From Eledone cirrhosa (Eukaryota): DNA of 64,000 bases. This document shows positions 48,912 to 64,000 of the stretch, one piece after another. Position 1 is the stretch's first letter; every line of letters starts with the position of its first letter. The translations under genes and the position numbers were made by a program. The notes below the pieces were generated by a model. That model was given only the letters and a program-made list of their open reading frames with translations. It was not told the DNA's origin and did no database searches. The DNA lies in assembly GCA_964016885.1 (NCBI GenBank), contig OZ024747.1, positions 87,048,001-87,112,000 on the forward strand. Direction: 5' to 3'.

Positions 48912-51595
48912 ATCATCATCATCATCAGGTTTAGCGTCCGTGTTCCACGCTTGCATGGGTTTGGACGGGGGTTTTCCCACTTGAGGCAAGAGTGGTTGTC
49001 TTGCTCGCATAGGACTGTCTGGCGGGTTTTCTACAGTTGGATGCCCTTCCTAACACCAACCACATTTACAGTGTGGGGCTGGGAGGTTTTTACCGTGTTG
49101 CCTACACGGCCACATTACAGCGTGGACTGTCTGGCGGGTTTTCTACAGCTGGATGCCCTTCCTAACACCAACCACATTTACAGTGTGGGGCTGGGAGGTT
49201 TTTACCGTGTTGCCTACACGGCCACATTTACAGCGTGGACTGTGTGTTTTTTTGTCGTGACACCTACACGATCTCATTTGTTTCGGCCTGGATGTTGTGG
49301 GACCAACATAACTGTACATTGAAAGGGGCGGTGTGGATGGGGTGGAGGTGGTGGGACGGGGGGGTGTTTTGATAGAGATGCCTACTGACTGTAGTAGGTT
49401 TTTACTTTGTATTTAGGTAAGGCGGGTCTTCTCTATTACTGAGTACCGCCAAAGGTCTCGGTCCAGTGACATTGTCTTGGAGAGGTGTAAGCGTGTGAGG
49501 TCGGAATTTATCAGCTCGTCCCATGTTTTTCTGGGTCTGCCTACTCCGTGGCTACCGTCTATCTTTATTGCCCTGCACTTTGTTATACAGCTGTCGTCTT
49601 TCATGCGCATCACGTGACCGTACCAACGTAGCCTTCTCTCGAGTAAACAACATCTGATCCCTCTTATTTCTAATTTTTTCCTTAGTTCATTTATGCTTTG
49701 CCGTTCACGTATATTACTATTGCACATCCAGCGGAGCATGCAAGCTTCGTTCCTCTCTAGTCTGCGTATATCCTCTGCACACAATGCCCAGGTCTCACTG
49801 CCATGCAGCATTGCTGTTCGTATGCAGGCATCGTATAGCCTGCCTTTCATTTTTAGGGAGAACCCTTTAGCGGCTAATAGTGGTATAAGCTCTCTGAACT
49901 TATTCCATCAGTTCTGACTCTAGCTACTGTACTTTCAGAGCACCCTCCCCCACTGCTGATTTTGTCACCCAGGTAACGGAAGCTGTCCACTATTTCTATA
50001 GAACCCTCTGCGCAGTTGAAGGAGCTAGTATTTTGTGGGCACTTGCTGCTACTTATTGCACCAGAGCACCGGCCACATGTAAAATCTATGTTCTTAGTTA
50101 GCTTACCTGTGATCCCACTACATCTTTTATGCACCCATACTTTGCATTTGGGACATAAAATGGAGTTTCTACCTACGCCTTTCCTACACACTGAGCATGG
50201 CCATTTCCCAGGTGGGACTGCTGCCATATTTTCTTTCCTACAAACTAGAACTTTTGTCTTAGCCAGGTTAATTTTAAGGCCTTTTGATTCTAGGCCGTGC
50301 TTCCATGTTTGGAATTTCTTCTCTAGTTCGGTCATTGATTCAGCTATGAGCGTTAGATCATCTGCGTATATGAGTTCCCATGGGCAGCCGGTCTTGAACT
50401 CCTCTGTTATAGCCTGAAGGGCAATAATAAATAGTAGGGGGCTAAGAACAGAGCCTTGATGGACACCAACTTTTACGCTAAACTCTTCACTATATTCGTT
50501 GTTAATTCTAACCTTACTGACTGTTTCTTTATACATGGCTTGTATAGCTCTCACAAGCCATTCGTCAACACCTAGCTTTCTAAGAGACCACCAGATAATG
50601 GAACGGGGGACTCTGTCGAAGGCTTTCTCCAAGTCGACGAAAGCTAAGTATAGGGGTTTACTTTTAGCTAGGTACTTCTCCTGTAGTTGTCGTACAATGA
50701 AAAGAGCGTCTGTGGTACTTTTGCCTGACACAAATCCGAACTGCATTTCATCTAGATCAATTCTCTCTCTGATTAGTTGCGCTATTACTTTTTCCGTGAC
50801 CTTCATGACCTGGTCGATTAATTTAATGCCTCTATAGTTACTCCTATCTAGGGCATCTCCTTTTCCCTTATAGCAGTTAACGATGATGCTGCTACGCCAG
50901 TCCTTCGGAACAACCCCATTCTGTACGACTTGGTTAACTATCCGGGTGACCATGGTGTGTCCCACCGAACCAGATGCCTTCAGCATCTCAGCAACTATTT
51001 CCGAAGGACCAGCCGCCTTACCCGTCTTCATATCTTTGATTGCCTTGCTTATTGTACTACCCTGGACTAACACTGCTGGTCCCTCTATTGGGTCGATGTG
51101 GGGGAGACTGTCTTTCTCCCATTTGTTCTCCTCATTTAGAAGCCTTTCGTAGTGACACTTCCAAGCTACCTTCTTATCAGCGTCGGTGATGGCAAGTATG
51201 CCATCATCGTTAAGCACACACTTCTCCCCGACAATATCACGGTTTTCCTTGACACATTGCCTGGCAATCCTGAACACCTCACGTTTTTGGTCCTCACGTT
51301 GTAGAACATGCTTGAACTTTCTTTCCTCTGCTTCCCTTCTTGCGAAGTACACTAGTCTCCTAGCTTCCCTCCTGGCTACCTGATAGTCTTCTCTACTTCC
51401 CCCATCCCGCCATGCTTTCCAAGCCTGCTTTTTGGCCTTAATTGACTCCTCCACCTTACTGTTCCACCACCATGTTACTCTCCTCCTACCTACAGGCCTG
51501 CTTCAGCCACAGACTTCGTCTGCCGCCGTCAGCAGGTTTGCTCTCAGGAATTCCCACTGTTCCTCTATATTATACGACTCTAATTGCTCTTCCTT
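48912..51595 (-). mobile_element. RTE family B, copy 2 (5'-truncated, 3' complete)
   Basis: ORF pieces 49874..51454 and 49413..49850 are nearly identical to copy 1. (GAT)n tail at 48912-48927 and a 112-bp tandem duplication in the 3' UTR (49012-49236). Confidence 0.93.
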
Positions 51596-51607
51596 ATATA
51601 TATATAC

Positions 51608-51694
<87 letters not shown>

Positions 51695-51733
51695 CATATA
51701 TATATATACATATATATACATATATATATATAC

Positions 51734-51816
<83 letters not shown>

Positions 51817-51929
51817 CATATATATACATATATATATATACATATATATATATACATATATATACATATATATATATATACATATATATATATACATATA
51901 TATACATATATATATATACATATATATAC

Positions 51930-51982
<53 letters not shown>

Positions 51983-51993
51983 TACATATATAT
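51596..51993. repeat. (TA)n/TACA microsatellite
   Basis: Alternating tract. Confidence 0.96.
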
Positions 51994-52033
51994 ATAATAT
52001 AAGATCAAAAGATGGTTAAAGGAGTTCAATATA

Positions 52034-52100
52034 TTTTATTATGCGCATTTCAAAAACAAACATCATCAAACAATAATATTTGTGTTTTCATCAGATAAAA
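52034..52100 (-). ncRNA. Mirror copy of the 52715-52781 hammerhead
   Basis: Reverse complement in the left arm. Confidence 0.75.
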
Positions 52101-52714
52101 CAGGAGAACATGATATGAAGGCTAAAAAAACACTTGTTGATAGTGCAGTTTTAAATCAACATATGAAAAGTGGTTTTAGATTGATGTGTGATATTGGGAA
52201 AAATATTTTATTTAGAGAGGGGGGGAGAGAAAAGGATGAAAAGGGAAGGAGATGAGAGGGAGAGATGGGTGATAGAGAGAAAGAGATAGTTTTTATAACA
52301 GAGAGGAGATATATTTTATATAGAGGGGTTGAAAACCGTTGGAAGATACTGTATAAATTAAAAATTTTGAAAATTAACGAAGGGAGGATATGTGCGAGGA
52401 AAAAATATATTTTTTCCTCGCACATATCCTCCCTTCGTTAATTTTCAAAATTTTTAATTTATACAGTATCTTCCAACGGTTTTCAACCCCTCTATATAAA
52501 ATATATCTCCTCTCTGTTATAAAAACTATCTCTTTCTCTCTATCACCCATCTCTCCCTCTCATCTCCTTCCCTTTTCATCCTTTTCTCTCCCCCCCTCTC
52601 TAAATAAAATATTTTTCCCAATATCACACATCAATCTAAAACCACTTTTCATATGTTGATTTAAAACTGCACTATCAACAAGTGTTTTTTTAGCCTTCAT
52701 ATCATGTTCTCCTG

Positions 52715-52781
52715 TTTTATCTGATGAAAACACAAATATTATTGTTTGATGATGTTTGTTTTTGAAATGCGCATAATAAAA
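52715..52781 (+). ncRNA. Type I hammerhead ribozyme with palindromic stem III
   Basis: ttttat-CTGATGA-[aaacacaaatattatt(gttt)gatgatgtttgttttt]-GAAA-tgcgca-TA-ataaaa. Stem I is ttttat/ataaaa, stem II is G-U-rich, stem III atgcgcat is self-complementary, and the cut is after AUA. Confidence 0.75.
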
Positions 52782-52916
52782 TATATTGAACTCCTTTAAC
52801 CATCTTTTGATCTTATATTATGCATACTCCAGTCCCACAAACTGTAGAGTGCTTCTTATCCGATATCTGCATTGCTTTATTGTACTACAATAAAACTCAC
52901 CTCCTACATTTACATA

Positions 52917-52987
<71 letters not shown>

Positions 52988-53241
52988 TGGATTAAATGCT
53001 CTGAAATAGCGATATATATGTGAAGATAGACATAGAATATGTATGTTTATAATAGGTCTTCAAAATGTTTATTATAAACATACAGAATATTTTCGAATAT
53101 TCTATGTCTATCTTTATATATATATATATATTTTCCTTATCGAGCCCTCTTTGGATTTTAGTCTTCAATTTTATTATTATTTTATTATTATTTTATTATT
53201 ATTACTTTTAGTCTTCAATTTTATTATTATTACTATGTATA

Positions 53242-53294
<53 letters not shown>

Positions 53295-53350
53295 GTATAT
53301 ATATATATATATATATAAATATGTATATATATGTATATGTATGTATATGT

Positions 53351-53423
<73 letters not shown>

Positions 53424-53498
53424 TATACATATACATATTTATTTATATATATATATATACATATACATTTTTATATATATATATATATATACATATAC

Positions 53499-53543
<45 letters not shown>

Positions 53544-53604
53544 TATTAAGAAACACACAGATACATGCGGACACACACATATATACATGAATGCATCCGC
53601 ACCC

Positions 53605-53653
<49 letters not shown>

Positions 53654-53655
<2 letters not shown>

Positions 53656-56410
53656 ACTTTGAATAACTTTGAAATGTTTTGGCCAGTATTGGCCCAGGCC
53701 ATGTCTAACTTAATAGCACCACCTGGCGAAGTCTTTCAATTCAGGATTTGGGCACCATGGCCCATTCGAGAAGAGAATTACTGTTTGCGGAGACATATCC
53801 GGGTGTGGGTGGTTTGTCCGGGATTACTTGGAGGAATTTGTCCAAAGACTTCTTGAATTTTGTGTGGTCAGTTTCTGTTTTGACGTGTCCTGGTGTGATG
53901 TTGAAGAGAGCAGGGCCGATTGAGGTGAAATAATTGTGCCGTATTGTTGTTATGAGTTGCGATTTAGATTTTTGTATGGGACGGATAGCACGGGACCCAA
54001 GCCTTGGGTGTATCTTGAAGGCGATGCCAACATCATTTGGGCAGTGATGATGGAACATTTTCCACATCATGCAGATAATATAACGCTCACGGCGACGTTG
54101 GAGTGAGTAAAGTTTCAGGTTTTCTAGTCGACCCCAGTAGTCAAGGTCTGACATGCCATCTATCTTTTTTGTGATTGCCCTTTGAGGAGCTTCAAGTTTC
54201 ATGATACTTTGTTTCGTGTGGGGAGACCACAGTGGACAACAGTATTCAAGGTGTGGTCGGGCAAAAGTAGAGAAGAGAAGGATAATGGTGTGGGAATCTC
54301 TCGACTGGAAGGTTCTGAGGATCCAGGAACACATTCTGCGGGCCATGTCAACTTTGCTGCTTATATGCGTGGTCCAGCTTATGTTGCTGTCCACGGTTAC
54401 TCCCAAGTCTCTGATGTTGTTAGATGCCACGAGAGTTTCCCTGGAGGGAAGGGAGTACGGGAGTTTCAGAGCATCCTCTCTTCCAAAGTGGATCAGTTCG
54501 AATTTGTCTTCGTTCAGTAACATGTTGTTCTTTTCCGCCCATTGGGTAACAGCCAGTAGGTCTGACTGAAGGCTTATCCGGTCATCCACGCCATTGATGA
54601 CCTTTTGGAGCTTGGAATCATCAGCGAAAATTTTAATGTTGCTGTGTTTGATGATGTCAGTGATGTCATTAATATAGATGATGAAGAGAAGTGGGCCCAA
54701 CACAGTGCCTTGTGGGACCCCACTACTGACTTTGGCTGGGCTGGATTTGACTCCCTCAACTACAACATGTTGGGTTCTGTTTGACAGGAAGCTCTTGATC
54801 CACTGCAGCAGCTTTCCAGTGACACCAATATTGGACAGCTTTTTCAGTAGAATGTTATGATCAACCCTGTCAAAGGCCTTGCTGAAATCAAGGTAGATAA
54901 CATCAGTGTTGGAACCCTCTCCCAAGGCTCTCAAAATGTCATCAAAGTGATGCAGTAGCTGCGTCAGGCAATCCCTTCCATTACGGAATCCATGCTGGTT
55001 GGAGTTCAGCATATTGTTACTCTCAAGGAAGTGGGTCATTCGCGATCTCACCACTCTCTCAAACACCTTAATGATATGAGAGGTGAGTGAGATTGGACGG
55101 TAATTCACGGCAAGGGATTTGTTTCCCTTTTTGAAAACTGGGACAACAGACTGGGATAGAAGGTTTTCTGGCACATATCCAGCATCCAGTGAGTTCCGCC
55201 ACTGATTGGCAAGAGGAGATGCAAGTTGGTGTTGACACGCCTTCAAGACACAAGCAGGGAACCTATCGGGACCTACTGCTGAATTATGCTTGATTTCCTT
55301 TATTGCCGCCAAGACATCAGGGGCGCCAAACGTTATGTTCGATAAGGTGTAATGGGGAGTAACATCGCCGATACAGCCCAGATCGGCCATATCAGGATTG
55401 CTGAAAACAGAGCAGTATTGTTTCTGCAGTATCTCACCCATGGTTTTAGCATTGTCTTGAAGAGTGCCATTTTCATCAATTAGAGGGCCAACAGTAGAGC
55501 CAGTGATTTTGTGTTTTTTTTGCAAATGAAAAGAACACTTTGGGATTGAGTTTGATCTTCTCAATGGCCCAGGCCTCTTCAGCTCTTCTCTGATTGTTGA
55601 TGAGGGACATTATGTTGTTTTGGAGGTTATGTTTTTTAATCTCTAGTGATGAAATGGCAGTCAAGTTGATGTGTTGCTGCTGACAGTATTTCAGCTTGTT
55701 GATTTTTTTGTTCGTTCTCTTAATTTTTCTGATGAGCGTTTTTCTATTTCTAGGGATTCTGCTCTTAGATTTGTTTATAGTTCTTAATGGGGTGTGTTTA
55801 GCACATATGTTTGTAACAGTGTCCACAAATGTCTGCCAGGACTTTTTGATGTTAGTGGGTGTATGAGTGTGCGTGAAGGACCAGTCGACATGTGCAAGAT
55901 CATGACTGATCGCTTCCCAGTTTGCATTGTGGAAATCCATAGCGTCAAACGGATGGACAGGAGAGATGACATTGGGTTTGTATATTGGACGGTGGAATCT
56001 CAGATCACAGAGAACCATGTCATGATCAGAGAGTAGAGTTTTCTCCACTGCAATATTGTGGATATTGTCAGTGTGATTACTGAAAATTAAGTCTAGGACG
56101 TTTTTGTGGCACCTCGTTGGTTCGAGCACCAGTTGGGATAGGAACAAATCATCCATGAAGTCAAGAAGCGATTCCACTGCTTCCCTGTCAGAGGTTGAGG
56201 CAGAAGAACCTGGTGGCAGGCTGTTTGTGGACCAGTCAACTCCGGGGAGGTTGAAGTCCCCCATCATTAAGATGTTGTCAGGGTGACACTCTTGGATGAA
56301 ACACTTTATGCTGTTGAGGCATTCCTTGAAGCGGGTACAGGCGTTTGGGGTGGCCTATAGAGCCCAACTACTAATAGGTTGTTGGTTTGACTGAATACAG
56401 TGACTGCTTT
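53654..56410 (-). mobile_element. CR1-group LINE, 5'-truncated, frameshifted
   Basis: EN motifs GLYRPP, MGDFNLP, LDLIFSN, SDH; RT motifs YLDFSKAFD, GVPQGTVLGPLLF, FADDSK. Frameshift near 55500-55560. 3' tail (TTCAAAGTTA)2 at 53654-53673. Both ends at (TA)n. Confidence 0.92.
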
Positions 56411-58995
<2,585 letters not shown>

Positions 58996-59008
58996 GTATA
59001 TATATGTA

Positions 59009-59090
<82 letters not shown>

Positions 59091-59091
59091 C

Positions 59092-59370
<279 letters not shown>

Positions 59371-59381
59371 CATATATATAT

Positions 59382-59678
<297 letters not shown>

Positions 59679-59679
59679 C

Positions 59680-60290
<611 letters not shown>

Positions 60291-60319
60291 CATACATATA
60301 TATATATACATATATATAT

Positions 60320-60664
<345 letters not shown>

Positions 60665-60677
60665 GTATATATATGTA

Positions 60678-60761
<84 letters not shown>

Positions 60762-60762
60762 C

Positions 60763-61178
<416 letters not shown>

Positions 61179-61189
61179 CATATATATAC

Positions 61190-64000
<2,811 letters not shown>

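Larger units (their letters stand above)
51994..52912. mobile_element. Fold-back Penelope-like terminus, family P5
   Basis: 828-bp spacer-less palindrome at 51994-52821 (axis 52407|52408, confirmed by identical mirrored ORFs 52156..52425 - and 52390..52659 +). The right arm is extended ~90 bp to (TA)n. Contains a hammerhead. Confidence 0.75.

Noticed and set aside
52156-52659. Identical 89-aa ORFs on opposite strands
   Set aside because: A by-product of the palindrome. They have a non-ATG start, span the axis, and show no recognisable domain.

Overview
AT-rich animal genomic DNA. The SINE sequences and huge (TA)n expansions look like an octopod/coleoid cephalopod; this is an inference, not confirmed. 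The only host gene supported is an EGFR/ErbB-family receptor on the + strand: three phase-1 exons at 24479-24838, 28661-28798 and 29811-29894 encode the first receptor-L domain and the start of the furin-like Cys-rich domain. The rest of the window appears intronic. Roughly 20 kb is (TA)n microsatellite interrupted by TG/CA, and this produces all of the long Ile-Tyr 'ORFs' in the track. The tracts host non-LTR retroelements: RTE LINEs with a PHD finger inserted after the RT catalytic motif, a Proto2/RTE-group LINE, two CR1-type LINEs, R4/Dong and Penelope RT relics, and a bipartite 610-bp element present as an inverted pair. tRNA-derived SINEs and MITEs dominate 8.5-30 kb. The most notable signal is a recurring architecture of several unrelated fold-back palindromes (140-828 bp). 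Each has one arm extended by a tail, is anchored in (TA)n at both ends, and in most cases carries a minimal type I hammerhead ribozyme. These are best read as termini (pseudo-LTRs) of (TA)n-targeting Penelope-like elements. One family also preserves a 27-codon ORF start under apparent purifying selection.
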